DNA from: Amoebophrya sp. A120
Lineage: Eukaryota > Protista > Dinoflagellata
Reading direction: 5' to 3'
Assembly (NCBI GenBank): GCA_905178155.1
Contig: CAJINV010000002.1
Span: forward strand, 2,446,369 to 2,510,368
Length of the DNA stretch: 64,000 nucleotides
Shown piece after piece: positions 47,243-60,405 of this stretch. How positions within the stretch are numbered: position 1 is the first letter of the stretch; each line of letters starts with the position of its first letter. Both the position numbers and the translations under genes were made by a program. The notes under the pieces are model-generated. The model searched no databases, had not been told where the DNA came from, and saw only the letters and a list, made by a program, of their open reading frames with translations.

Positions 47243-50200
47243 TCATGCAAAGACTCGGTCTTGATCACGACAGCAAAAGATCCTTTCCTGCGTTGTTGCC
47301 TTGCCTTCTACATCCGACCACCGCGGAGGTGACACGAGAACAACAATACCTACGACGTGTACGTCGTTCACCCGCTCTCGACCTGAAGCTCGCATAAAAA
47401 TCGTTTCTGTTTCAAGCCGGGATCGGCGAAAACACCGAAGATGCAACGACTTCCACGAGGACCAGTCAATGGGGGCGGGCATAAGTTTTAGCACTACAGC
47501 TGTAGTCTTTCCCATATCAACCGCGGCGGGTTCTTGCTCGTGAGCAGCAGCAAGGGGCGCGGCCGTCTTGGTCGTGGAGGGGACGGTTTCGGTGAAGGAG
47601 GACACTTTCTTGTTCTTGTTGGCGTGGTAATCGCTCGCAGCTGTATATTTTTTTTCTTGAAACATAGAGGTCACGACTTGATGAAAGCAGTGATTTCCTT
47701 CCCTGGCGAAGGCACATCGCTATGATAGGCACATAAGTACTTTGCCGGGCTCTCAGTCCGGAATATTCCTCTCGGGCAGAAGCAAAGCCTAACGGTATGC
47801 GAGGAATTGTCTTCACGTACACTGTATCGAAGACGGCGCTAGACCTAGAAACGTAAGAAAAGCAAGATATGTACCTTGCGCACCCACTGCCCCCATGAGG
47901 GCCGCGTTCGGATTGTTCGCGGCCCATTGGTCGGCCTTTTTCTGAGCCACTTGGCGAAGCACTTCCCCCCCAATTTGTTGACCGGTCTTCAAGGCCCCCT
48001 GCAGTGCAGGAATGATCGAACGAAACACTTCCTTACTTGCTCGCATGCGTTGATGATATTGACACTTTTCCTTCAACAAGGAACTTTTCATCTACTTGCC
48101 CTACATCTAAAAGAACTGGCGCGCAGCAAAGCTGTGCCTTTTTAACTTACACCGGCGCAACATAAATTCGACGCACCTCTTTAATTTAACTACATCGCTC
48201 TGTCGGCAATTTTCAACAGGCATAAACAATGCGTCCCAGCATGCGAAGCAGAGCAAAGAGTTCCTCATCATAACCATCGCCCCGTTGTTACCTCCACCTT
48301 GTTGTGGCGCTTCGCTTTGTTGGGCGGCGGAGGCTTTGCCGCTTTCCTTGCCCTTGCCGACGGCGTTCGCTTCGGCTTCTTTTTTGTCCGCTTCCCCCTC
48401 CGCAGTTTCCAGAAACCCGTCCGCGGCGTTCACCGGGAAGTATGCAGTGGAAAGACCGGCCACAGAAATCATTCCCCCATCTTTTCCTCTTTGTACCCAT
48501 CGATTTGTCATGCTAAACAGGAGTACGACACGCCTTGTGTCATGCTGTTCACGGTGACTACATGACAGACATCAACAACGTTGTAAATCCGCCTCTATGC
48601 CTCTCTGTCGTAGGAGGCTCGGAGGACAAGCCACGCATTCCAACACGTGAAGCTGGCGTATCAGAATCACAACTGTTCATAGCAATGTTCACAAAAGAGG
48701 AAGAAGGAACCCACGACGTACAGCTTTTCCAAATTCATATCTTCCCCGGCACCGCACCCGCGCCGTCGTTTGCAGCCGGCTGGCGTATAGAACTGGAAAA
48801 TTTTCATCTCGCAGTAACAACTCAAAATGTACCCGACGGAGCAAACTTCAGATCCGGAACACTACCAGGCTGCTTTCATCTCAATGCAATGAATCACTTA
48901 TTGCACAATTTCAATGCAAGGAGAAGGAGCCACGCATGCCAAATTCGAGTATAGATGAAGAAAAATTTTCCACATTCCGTAAGTTCCACCGCATTGTCGG
49001 TCGGAGCGCTTATATCGAGTTGAAAACTGCCTTGACTATACAGCATCAGATTTTTTTCCTTCTAGTTTGCCATGCATTCTCCACCGGGAAAGAAGCACAG
49101 ACGCGTCGCCTTGCTCATGCGACGTGCCGCGCCTGCACATAGGGCTACATCATCATTTTCTGCAGAATGAATGAGGTCATTCCACGGCTTATCTTCAGGA
49201 GAGATATTTCTGGTATTGGCATGAGTAACTCCATTATCGATGCAGAAGAAGTCTCAACAACTGTCGTGTGTTGTAAGTCCGGAGCAATTTTTTCAACCTG
49301 ATAACTCTCGCCGGCAGTCTGCGCGGTTTGGGCAGCGGAGTCGTCGATAATGTATGGAGAGGAAAATTTTGTCTGTTTTTTTTGTTTTTCTTATATACGC
49401 TTTCGCTTTTCCTCTTGTTCCCGCAACACCTCCACCACGGATGGAGCAGGTTCATCTTGTTGTACTTTACACAGCTATAGAAATTTCCGGTACTTAGGTA
49501 AGATTCAGGGATGTTACACATGTGTTGTCAATGCCACATAAGGAACCAGTGAAACATCAAAATCTTTCCCGCCATATCGGACCGGCGGCAGCCGCAACAG
49601 CTCCTTGTTCAACCGGCGGAGTATGGTGTGGAAAAATTTGACGCAAAAAAACGGTTGGATTTTTTCTTCCTTTTGTACCAGCTAGAAGCAGCTTCTACGC
49701 TGCAGCTAGACAAATGATACTGTAATTGTTCTGTCATTTTTCGGAGATTTCTATCACCCATAATTTTCCTGACCAGGGCCAGTAAGTTCAAGACCCAGTT
49801 GTAGGGGGCTCATCCACCATTATCTTGAAAAAATTTGCATCTATTTGCATTCCAGCGCTATTTCCAGCATGACAAATCCAACAGCTTATTTTGACCCAAA
49901 TTCTTCCCTACCGTACTGCGTGGTCGCCGCCGTCAAGTCCGTCGCCGGTGCGGACGCAGCCTTGCCGCCCTTCTATCAAGCTGAAAAAAGCCGCTCTTCT
50001 GATGCATTTTTTGTCTTGCATGTAGGACCATGCTGGTATTTCTGCATACGGAGCTGCTACAGTAGTAGACAATGAATAAGTAGTACTCTGATCAGTCTGC
50101 ATTGTGGCCAACGAGCTGTGTCCGCATGACAGATTAGTAGTGATGTCAGCATGATTGTGCACCAATGCTGAACATCGCATGACAAATCACGTGGCAAAAC

Positions 50201-51606
50201 AGAAGGTGGTTTTTCAGTTCCATATGTCCTCGAAATCGTACATGGCCTTAGGTTCCAGAAATTCCGGCATTTTCGTGGCGTATCGAGTGCAAACACAGAG
50301 TGGCATAGGTGGACTAGTATGTACTTATCTAGATCTACCACTGTGGTAGTGGTGTTACTCCCTCCACCTCCGGTGACAAAAAAAATCACTTTCTCACGCA
50401 GGCATCTTCCTCAGGCTTGCTAGGTTACACATTCACGCCTTTCAACATAGTTTGAATTTGTCATTGACGAGGCGCGCGTGTCCGAAGAGCACATGCACAA
50501 CGGGCCCGCATGAAAAATTGGCTCAAGATTTCAGCCGCGCGTATTCCTCTTCTAGCAGCACTTTTTACCCATTTCTTTATGCAGAGAACAGCAAGAGAAA
50601 AGACTTCCGTCACGCTGACATTCCTACTCTATGCCCTCACAAAGTTTTTTGCGATTTCATACGATCCGAGCGGTCCCCGGATTGGTGCGGTCGATCAGGG
50701 ATTCCCCGAGCTGTTTTGATTTTTTTTTTTTGCGTAAAAACTAGGTACTGCCACTTCTGCATCACAAATCCTTTCTCCAATGCAGTGATTCGCATGACAA
50801 ATCAGAGAAAAACAAATACTACCATGCGGCGTATCAAGGAAGACTGGGAAGCACCCGCGAGGACCACGCAAATCACGTATCAAATGCAAATATGTCTGGT
50901 AGTGGGTGGAGGATGAGTGCAAAAACATGATTTACCTTGCCGAGTCTTGCATGACAGAGCAGTGTCTTGCACGACAGACACGCATCACAAACTACTCGCG
51001 TGTTGTTCTTGCGAGCTGTTGCTATTCTGCCGTGCTTTGCATGACAAACTCTCGCCGGTCCCACCGCGAAAGAGAATAAAGCGGTTGCGGTCGTAGTCGT
51101 TCCTATTCATGCATCACAGATGTTGTTCCTCTTCACCTCTTGCATCACAAACCCAGACCCAGACGTATTTGCGTTGCATATCACGACGCACAGGCCGACG
51201 ACGACGATGCCGTAGCGGTTGCACCGCGCCTATCCTGTGTAAAAACATCCCCACCCCAGAGTTGTCATGCAGATCTGCAAGCACAAGAGCGTTTGTAATG
51301 CGCATCCCGATGAGAGGCATTTCCCGTTGTATTTTGGAACTTGTAATGCTGTAAACAGGATATGGAGATGGATTTGTTATGCGGCTTTGTTTGCTAAACT
51401 GCACTACACTACAGCCTACAATTTGTCATGCGTGCTTCCCAAAACTTCAAGGTTTGTGTTGCAAAGTCCCCAACTTGACTCTGGTATGGGGACGTTTTTA
51501 CACAGGATAGCGCCTGCGACTCCTGCTGGAACTTGAAGCCACTGGTGCTTCCCGCGGGCATGGGGTTCTCCGCGTCCTTCTCTTTGATGTCAATGACCTT
51601 CGCCAT
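47243..51606 (-). CDS. TM-AGASQS family member 2 (multi-exon; 3' exons only partly resolved)
   Basis: The 5' exons join in frame as MAKVIDIKEK...SQA|RCNRYGIVVVGLCVV|ICVVLAGASQSSLIRRM|LGESLIDR. Further protein-like exons at ~50225-50290, ~49912-49968, ~48292-48450 (DGFLETAEG), ~47875-48040 and ~47517-47650 (SSFTE). Confidence 0.5.
49974..50224. mobile_element. Degenerate introner, 251 bp
   Basis: TIR TATCAAGCTGAAAAAAG vs TATGGAACTGAAAAACC; many GCATGAC motifs; removing element plus 5 nt keeps frame. Confidence 0.55.
50878..51180. mobile_element. Introner family A, 303 bp, splitting the TM helix
   Basis: TSD TCACG; TIR present; frame restored. Confidence 0.88.
51231..51509. mobile_element. 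Introner family B, 279 bp, inverted relative to other B copies
   Basis: TSD GCGCC; TIR TATCCTGTGTAAAAAC. Confidence 0.92.
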
Positions 51607-53410
51607 TTTCGTCGTACTTCTTTACCCCGTTGTCCAAAACAAACGGTTTCCAACAACGGCTTAAGAAGTCGTTCAGAAGGCTGTGATTTTCTCCTCCGGC
51701 TTTCGAGTCTTCGCAGCGGGTTCTTAGCTTTCCTGTCCTTTTTCGTAAAAAACCCGTGACAAACAAAATTTCGGTTTCTTCGGCGTAGATAGAGGTTTTT
51801 GACGTGATAGTTAGCTGTGTTCTTGTTCTCCTTCGTTGTTCTTGCTCGTAAATAACGGGTGGTGATGTTTGTGATTTTGGAAACAAAATTTCGAATTCTT
51901 CGTCTCAAAACTGATCGTGTTCGGTGTTGTAGTAGTGCGACTAGAAGTTGTGTGGTAAAAAATACAATTCTTCGTAGTAGATGATGTGCAAAACTTGGTA
52001 GTACTTATACTTAATCGGAAAAATGTAAATGATGAGTCGAGTTCGTGGAATAATTTAGAAAACTAAGTGTGAGTATGGGGGCTTACACTGTTTGTTTTTT
52101 TTCCAGCAGAGGTGGGAGTATTAGGAAATGAAGGGTTCGATTTTGTACCAGGTTATCCGCAGACCGACGCAGAAACTTCAACTTTTTGAAGCCGTGTGTG
52201 CACGAAAGAGATAGTCAAGCACGATTCAGGATTGAATGGGCGTCCAACTCCGACAGACGTTTTCATCGTAACGCTTCGTCCGACAGAACGTGAAGTGATG
52301 CTGTACGAGAAGTAAAAACAATTTTTTTTCTCCGTACGATTAAGGTAGTGACATTTTTGTACAAAAACGCCAGCCAGCAGCACGATAAAGACCGAGACGA
52401 AACTATTGTTGCACGACAGAAAAATCCGATATGGGCAGATAGTACTATACCGAGAAAAAAAGAACTAAGTACAGAGAATTTCCTACACTCGAGCAAAACC
52501 GAGGAAAAGGTGAGACGAGGTCGTCGTCTTGGTAACTAATTGAGCAACAGAAATCGCACGACGGCACCGAAGATGAGAAATAAGAAAATAATCTTCCTTC
52601 TTCCGCAACCGACGACGAAAATAGGTCGGTTCTCTGGTCGGCGCTTCGAGGCACGGCGGAGCGGCGATTGCCGCTTTTGCTTTCATCTAGAGCAGCACTC
52701 ATTTAGCAATCTTTCAGAACTTCTACGCGAGAGGAGGAAAATTATTCATCTGTCTGCAAAACAAGCAAGTACAAGAAAGTCAACGAGTTCTATAAGTTGT
52801 GGTCGTAGCTTACGATTCTTTCCCTGCGGCTACTATACTTCGAAGAAAACCCTGCTGGAGCAGCGGCCCGCGGTCTCCTTCTTGTCCGATTCTTTTTTTC
52901 CCCCCTTTTCCTTGCTCTGGTCCTCCCGGGGTCGGTTTCACTTTTCGGGAATACAGCTGGGACAGCTTCTATGGAGGAGGTGTATTGGAATAAGTACTGG
53001 TCAAAAAACAGGAAGGTCCGGTCGCCGAATAGAAAAAATATTTGGAGTTTTATCCTCACATCAACGCAGGAAAACAAGACATGTCCTCTAGGAAGGAGTT
53101 ACAACTTCGTACTTTTTCAAGGAGAACCACAGGGAAATAAAGAAATTCAAAGACACAACTACATTTAGTATACTTGGGAACTACAAACAATGCTTTTAGG
53201 AGTTTTTGTGAAAAAAGTGAACGTCGTCGTGAAGAAATTATAGCCGTTATTGTAAAAAGGTTCTTGAAGTTTTCTCAAAGACATTGAGTTTGTTTGTTCC
53301 CTGTGCTTAAAAAACAGATGGAGGATTACCACTTAGAATTTGTGTGTAAGACCAGTAAAAGCGAAATTAGTGAGAAGCGAAATTGGACAAGATTCGTCGT
53401 GCAGTTGCGT

Positions 53411-56400
53411 TTAACGGCCGCAGCATTGTGTTTGTTGCCGTGCCACCGCATTTGCGGATTGCTGCTGCGCCATCAACGTAGCCCCGGCGATCGTGTGCAT
53501 TGCAAGCATTGGGTCTGGGGGGGTGGAAGGTGGCAAGGCTTGTTGTGCTTGTCTGGTAATATCGTGACTCTACTGCGCCGCCCTTTGAATAAAACGTGTG
53601 GGTTTTTTTACGCCTCAACCCATATAATTTGTCATTCACTTTAATACGACCACTGCTCCTACTTGATGCGTGGGCACGAAAAGCAATGTCATGCAAATAA
53701 AACGCAGTCGGAACAAATGCGGTACTATCGATCCGCAAGAAACAAACGTAGCAGCAGCACAACTTGTCCTACTGATCTGTGCAGGAGTGAACCCCCCACA
53801 AGAGAAATACAAACTATAGCACGGCAAGCTTGGTGTTCCAGACCCAGATCTTCGATATTTGATGCATACACCGCCAGGCCTCCCACGCCTCCCATCCCGC
53901 CAGCCATCCCGCCAGTGAGTCCGAGCGACTCGAAAAAGCCTTTCGACTCCTCGTGCTGAGTTGTTTCCAACTTCTTGACCCGTTCTTCGCCGTGCAGCTC
54001 CTTCCGCGGCGGGTCTCCGCCGAGTTTTTGGCGTTCCTTATACGAGTGCACAACTCGTCGTTCCCCTCCTGTTCCTTTGAAGTGGGCTTGCAGGAGTAGA
54101 AAACAACTCAAAAAGAAGTCGTTGCATGACAAATCTGTGCCGTCCTCCTGAGTCCTGTACTAGTAGTTCAGTCTGGGTTTCTTGTTCCAGAGCTTGCCAT
54201 ACAAACACGGCCAAAAAGCCGAGACTGGGTTTTGCATTTTCCGTGAAATAAAACGAGGCGGATAAGGAGGTGGAGTTGTTGCGCACTCTGATACTCCTTC
54301 TCAATCTTGTACTCGATCAGAGCTGGGTCGTTCCCGGCCGCCGCCTCCTCCTTCTGCGGGTTGGCCACGAACTGCTTGTTCGCTGCAGATGCCTTGCAAA
54401 TATGCCCCCTGGGTGGTCTGGAACTATAATATTGGGAGACTTGTACTAGAGCTCGGCTATGCAAGTACTTATGTGGATTCTGTCATACCTGTTGCGCGAA
54501 AGCCAGGCTTCTTTGTCATGCAAGGTAGCGACTTGTGATGCGGAGTCAATAAATACACAGGGGCGTATCGAAAATTTATCAGACCGTGGCGGTGGGGTTA
54601 GAGTGATGAACGAATGTGCGTGTCAATGTCGCCCTCGTCCTGTCCATCACTGATAGCATGAAAACGTCTTTCCAGACCGGGACATGTTATTTGCAGTTGA
54701 TATTGCAATCCAATTGGCAATTTCCTGCGCGCTAGCGTTGTCCAGGTTGTCAGGCTCCACGCCGTTGTTCGGGTCACCGAACATATCGCAAGAAAAAACT
54801 GCTTCTTAATAATGCAGAAAGTCGTGCATCGCAGACGTGTTTGTCTTGCTACGCATGCAAGATAATGCATTTGCAGACGTGCTTTCCCCTTAGGAAGCTC
54901 GCATGGCGAACTTCCTTTATCATGTAGAACAGACTCCTTGCGCTGCAAAACTTGCAAAATCATCAGAGTGATAGCAGTTTTTTCGTGGGATAAAACAGAG
55001 CATCGATGGCTCGGTCAATCAGGATGCCGCCCACATTTGCAGCCTTTGCTCGAAGCTGCTCATTTGCGAGCAGTTGCTGGGCAAAGTTCTATGCAGTGTA
55101 TAAAGCATCGCACCAGCATCCATTGCATTTCAAAAAGATTTCATGCCAGGTTTATCACAAGGTGCAGTTATTATTTGGAGTGCAGCTGGCCATAGGGGTT
55201 ATGTATTTTTTCCTTTGTGTGAGCTCGGCCGAGCGGGCCTCGGCGATGTGCATTCGAGCGACTTCTACCGGCGGCACGAGTCGTTTCCCAAACAAACGTA
55301 AATTCGGTACTTAAGTAAGCTAAGTGATAGGAAAATGAGGCGCAGTCCGACAACAGGGAACGATGCTTTTGCAGGGGGTAAATTCTCAAGGAATTTGATT
55401 GCAGCCTGGCCGACCTCCGGCGAGCCCACTTGCACCTTTTTGCCGACGTCCAGAAACGAACCCTGCCCCCCCGTGGCAGCGCCGGCGGCCGCGACCTCGG
55501 GCAGCGCGGTGCCGCGGGGCGCCAACTGGTCGGGGTTTCTATGGAAGCGTCAGGTTTGATATCGACAAAGTTGAAATGATTTGTCATGCATAAAATGGAT
55601 ACCAGTTGGAAGACCAATTTTCAAGCGGCGCATGACAAATTTTCGGAGCACCGAAATCCAATTTGTCATGCTGTTTGGGCACAGAAGAGCCCTTTTGTCA
55701 TGCTCCTTTAGCAGCTCTATCCCAAACCCTAAATAGGCTCACAATCTGCCTCACTTGCCATCCCGGCAAGACAGGCACTTCATGCCTTGCATTTTCTGCA
55801 TGACAAACCATCTCAACTTTGACGATTTCAAAAATCCTGACAGATTCATAGTTCCCAGCCGCCTCGTCGTCCGCGGAGTCGTCCCCGTCGTCGTCGTATG
55901 GAATGCAAGTATGTCTGGACGTCGGGAAATCTGTGCTGCTGATACCTGCATTGCAGCGTTGCCGCTTGTTCGGCATAACAGCATGGGAAGTTATTTTCCT
56001 TAACTTCTTGCGCCGGATTCTTTATTACTCTTTAGCATTACAAACTGCAGTACCCAGCACGACAAAAGAGTGTGCCACGATACTAGCATCCATGCATCAC
56101 AGATCTTGCTGTCCTTCAATGCTCGCATCAGAAATAATGATCCAGACCCAGATATATCATTTGCAATGCATACATCGCTACTGTCCTTGCAGCCGGCGCA
56201 TCGGTTCTCCGTCTGCACGCCAGATTCCTTCCACACACCCACTTCGGGCACGCCGCGGGGCTCCGCCTCTTCATCTAACGGAGAATCGTCCGCTGTGTCA
56301 CGCTATGCGTTGCAAACATGTCTGGAGGGTCTGACAGGTTGCAGCTTCTATCTCATGCAAATTTTACATGACATACGACGTCTGTGATGTATTCCCTGGC

Positions 56401-58053
56401 ATCACGGATCTTTTCGGTGCTTCTTGATGCCTATCCCGCATTATGAAAAATGCGAATGCCCCGTCCTCCGCGTATACAAAAAGTATCCTTCTCGTGCTGC
56501 TCAGGCAAGACAGATTTTTTTGCAATCCAAAAACATCATCACAAGTTCCAGCTCTCCAGAACGACCAGACAGTTTTGCATTGGATACATCACGCTGCGCC
56601 AAAAAATTCGCGTGATTCGTCTTCTTGGTCGAGCGTGGCCAAGCGTACAACTTCATCAAATCAGCCAGCGGCGGGAACTGGGTTTATTTTTTGAAGTTAG
56701 TTACTAATTCTATTTATTTCTGTTTCGTCCAACAGAAGATATTGACATAAGAATTGCACCCCACTAGGCCAAGCGGGGGCCATCGGATATTGTATATGTA
56801 AAGCTAAATCACAGGATCCACAAGAAGTAAATCAAAAACTAGGGATAAAAACCGGCCTATGGTACCAGCTTCTGCAACGCCGTCGACTGTGAGACGCCGG
56901 CGAAAATGATCAAGAACACGACCAGCGTGCCGAAAAGCATCCAGACGCAGGCCTTCCCCACGACCCCGGTGGGGGCGGTGGTACTCCCGCCGCCGCCCAG
57001 TTTTTTGTTGGGCGGCAGCAACGGCGGAGCGACGAGGGGAACCATCCCCATTCCGTGCGTATCAAGTGCAAATATCTCTGGGTCTGGGAGATTGCGATAT
57101 TTGCCATGCTAGTCTGGTATGACCCGGAAATAAACCTGTATTGCGTGGCCACGAAGAGCTCTTCTCGCCTGTCCTGCAAAAATGCAGTTTCTCATGCGGA
57201 GTACGCAACTCAGAACCACGGAAAAACTTGTCATGCTGGGCACCGCATTTTTACAGAGTGGTCGCTCGATCCTTTCTTGCGTCACAAGTTTGTTCCAGAC
57301 CCAGACATATTTGCAATGCATAGTTCGTGCCGTTCCGCAGTAAATCGGCGGCGGCCTTGGCGGTGCCGTCGTCGATATCCTGCAGCTATCAAGTGCAAAA
57401 ACGTCTGGGTCTGGAGGGTTGGAGCTTGTGATGCTAACTCTGGACTCTAGAAAAATCTGTATTGCATGACCAGCAAGAGGAGTCTGCTTTGTGCTACGCG
57501 GAGAGGGCATTTCTCATGCGGTAGAGGCATCACAAAATCCTCTAAAAATCTGTGATGCTTGGGCATGCATCACAAACATCATGGGTCATTCAAAATATGC
57601 ATGACAAACTTGACAATCTTCCAGACCCAGACAGTTTTGCAGTTGATAGCAGCAGCCGGGCGGTGGGATTTTTCGCGCTCGCGGTGTCTTCCCCGCTTTC
57701 CTCCGAGGTGTGCGTGTTGTCATGTACGGCGACGAACTCCGCCGTGCCATGCCGACTTTCACGAAGCATAATATCCTGAGGAAAAACGTCCCCACCCCAT
57801 AGTTAGGTTGGAATCTCTGCAACACAAATCCTGGAGTTTTGGGAATCACGCATGACAAGTTTCTCGCTGTATTGTAGTGCTGGTTAGCAAGGACAGCTGC
57901 ATGACAAAGCCATCCCCTTATCCTGTTTGCAGCACTACAAATGCCAGAACACGATTGAAAATGCCTCTCTGGGGGATGCGCATTACAAATGTTCCTGTCC
58001 TTGCAATTCTGCATGACAACTCTGGGGTGGGAACGATTTTACTCAGGATACAT
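53411..58053 (-). CDS. TM-AGVSQS family member 3, ~445 aa, ~13 exons (10 introners)
   Basis: Spliced product MLRESRHG...FGTLVVFLIIFAGVSQSTALQKL|FPPLADLMK...PRGVPEVG...GSFLDVGKKVQVG...DALFGDPNN...QTQCCGR*. GT-AG intron 56678-56865; one junction near 54087-54286 is uncertain. Confidence 0.7.
53494..53868. mobile_element. Degenerate A-like introner, 375 bp
   Basis: Flanks GATCG/CACCG; TGGGTCTGG/CCAGACCCA TIR core; frame restored. Confidence 0.65.
54388..54702. mobile_element. Degenerate A-like introner, 315 bp
   Basis: TSD CTGCA/TTGCA; TIR core TGCAAATA..GTCTGGAA; frame restored. Confidence 0.75.
54784..54992. mobile_element. Introner family E, 209 bp
   Basis: TSD GAACA/AAACA; TIR TATCGCAAGAAAAAACTGC/GCAGTTTTTTCGTGGGATA; frame restored (DALF|GDPN). 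Confidence 0.85.
55090..55380. mobile_element. Degenerate introner, 291 bp
   Basis: TSD AGTTC/AATTC; TIR core AAAGCATCG/CGATGCTTT; frame restored (FLEN|FAQQ). Confidence 0.7.
55540..55850. mobile_element. Introner family C (diverged), 311 bp
   Basis: TSD GTTTC/GTTCC; body homologous to 4507-4812. Confidence 0.88.
55897..56172. mobile_element. Introner family A (diverged), 276 bp
   Basis: TSD CGTCG/CATCG; TIR present; frame restored. Confidence 0.82.
56304..56586. mobile_element. Introner family A, 283 bp
   Basis: TIR present; flanks CACGC/CATCA, with a perfect CACGC 3 nt further out; frame restored; in-frame GT..AG also available. Confidence 0.82.
57060..57322. mobile_element. Introner family A, 263 bp
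   Basis: TSD GTGCG/GTTCG; TIR present; frame restored. Confidence 0.88.
57387..57648. mobile_element. Introner family A, 262 bp
   Basis: TSD GCAGC; TIR present; frame restored (ARLL|QDID). Confidence 0.92.
57772..58050. mobile_element. Introner family B, 279 bp, inserted at the start codon
   Basis: Flanks CATAA/CATGT, both containing the minus-strand ATG; TIR TATCCTGAGxAAAA. Confidence 0.88.
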
Positions 58054-60405
58054 GTTGACGGAAAAGATTTTTTCCTGCTAACTCCTCGTGCTTGCTTCCT
58101 GGGGTTGTGACTGCGAGCAGGTGTAGTTGCTGCTGTTTTTACTGCTTCTCAAGTGAAAGTGTTGTGGCAGTGAAAAATTTAATGGTGTAGATAAAATTTA
58201 CAAAACAACAGAGATTTATTCGGGTGGTTGTCAAGTCTTTCGATTACGTTCTCTTGAATTGATGGGGCTGATATTAGTACAACAGAGGGTGTTGTTCGTT
58301 ATTTGATCAAAAAGCAAGAGTAAGTAGAGAAAAGCAAAACAAAGTGACGTCGTGGTGGTGCAACAGAATGATAAAGTCGTGCGAATAAAATTCTTTAGGT
58401 ATCAATAATCGACGAGTGTAGGGGCAGTAAGCTTCACAACGCCTGTGAGAAACGAGCGAGGAGGGGAAGAAGCGGGAAATTGCAGTTTCAAAGAATCAGA
58501 TAGAACCATAGAAGCTCCAAAAGCACACAACTGCTTTTGTGCAACATCGACGCATTTATTTTAAGTACAACGAAGCCGCTACGACGCTAGTGCACCACAT
58601 GGAGAACGATTATCATGAGGTGGACGATACGGTAGAGGAGGTCAAGCCGAAATATTATTGTTTTCAAAACCGACCTACGCACGATAGAAGACCGAACGAG
58701 GGCCAGAGGAACGGCTGGCTGTGATAGTCTAAGTTGACCGAGGTGAAAGCATGATTTTCAACGACGGGCACTACTCAGTCCTGAAAGCTAACGTGAGGAA
58801 AGTGACCGAGCACGAACGAGTGACCGAGCACGAAGATAGTTGTGCAGCTATTCACCCAGCATTTCTTGTAGGGCAAAGACAACAAAACCCAAACAAGCGA
58901 AACCAACAACCGCGGTATGTCATAGCGGTTGTTGTTCACCGAGGGTGGTGCACTAGGAGCAAGCGACGACTACCACCGAGGGGAGGGGACCGAAGGGCCG
59001 TCTACGGTTGTTCTTTTTGTTTTTACGCGAACTCTGCAGTACAGGAATAGCAGTGCCCGCCGGCTGCTTGCAAAACTGCCTGGAGTCCCGCCGACGAATT
59101 TCTCTAGCGCTTCTGTTTTTCAATTTCGGGGCCTGGAGAATTTTTATACAGTTGTGTTCTTGTAAAGCCGGTACATACTGTAAGTACAATTGTAAGATTG
59201 TCGATAAAAACCTTTGGCAAAAATCTGTGATGAGGGACATGTGATGAGGGACAACGCGATAGAAATCTTTGTGGGTCGCCGTGAAAAAAAAACTCTTCAT
59301 GTACTTGCACTCTACTTCTACTACTACTTTTGCTGACGGATTACAAAGCGGCCGCTTACTTTAAGGTTTTTTTACCTATGGATTGGCCTGCCGTTTGTTA
59401 CTTCACCCGTGTGCCTCCCCGTCGCAAACGTCCTCTTCTCTACTTGTAGTACTTTGTGGTTGTCTTTGTGGTTGTGCCAAGATGGTCGGTGGAAAAAAAT
59501 ACTTGAAACACGACAACTTCAGAGGAACAGGAGCACATCGTCGGGCGGAGCTGTCGGGAAACTACGGAAAAAAAACATTGAAATTTAAGTTTGATGGAAG
59601 TTCTGGGACCATGCAGACGTGGATGGTGTTTGAAATTTTAGTACAGTTCGTTTACAGATCGTAAACCTCTTGAAAATTATCAAATCTTATCGGAAAAAGC
59701 TCTGACGTCGACCTCGTGCTGTGAACTACGAGAGGAGTACAACATGAAAAATTGAAGTTTGTCAAAAAGCTTGTGTATGAAATTCAAGTTTATTCTTGGC
59801 ACAGCATTCTGGCTTCGACGGCGCATGTTGTGATGCATTCACTTCAGTATCAGTTGCAGTTCTTCTTCAGAATAATAAATCTTCACGGACCACAGAGCGG
59901 AAAGTGAACCTTGTTCGCTGGGAAAAGAAGATCTTTTCATCGAGACCCTTCTTCACCCTCCAGAGGAAAACAGCTCCTGCAGCACCCGATTCCAGTTTCG
60001 ATGTGAATTTTCATGACGCAACGTTGGCCACTGCTTGCCTCAGTCGCAAGAGCCCTTGTCCGCCGCCTTTTATTATGCAAGTGAGGACAAGAACAAGCCA
60101 CCCGTCGTCCCCCGTTTGTCATTTGAACAGCACTGAGAAGAAAAGACAGAAACAAGAAGACCGAGAACACCGAAAAAATGAAGCATAATGTTAATCTTAA
60201 TTTTGATTTTCACTCACCTAGTACATCATGGAAAAAATATTGAAGTATTGTTCATGAGCTCCTCTGGCCTGTTTCGCTATATTACATTCGGGATGAATCA
60301 AAGTACCTTGTCATGCAAAATTACTGCCGCAAGGTATTATCTCAGGGAGGTCTTTGCAGCATCACAAATGACTGGGACGGGGGCTCATCGAATAATTGTC
60401 CAGTA

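Noticed and set aside
50518-50527. TTGGCTCAAG, matching the 3' end of the dinoflagellate spliced leader
   Set aside because: Only 10 nt, antisense to the genes and not at a gene start; compatible with chance.
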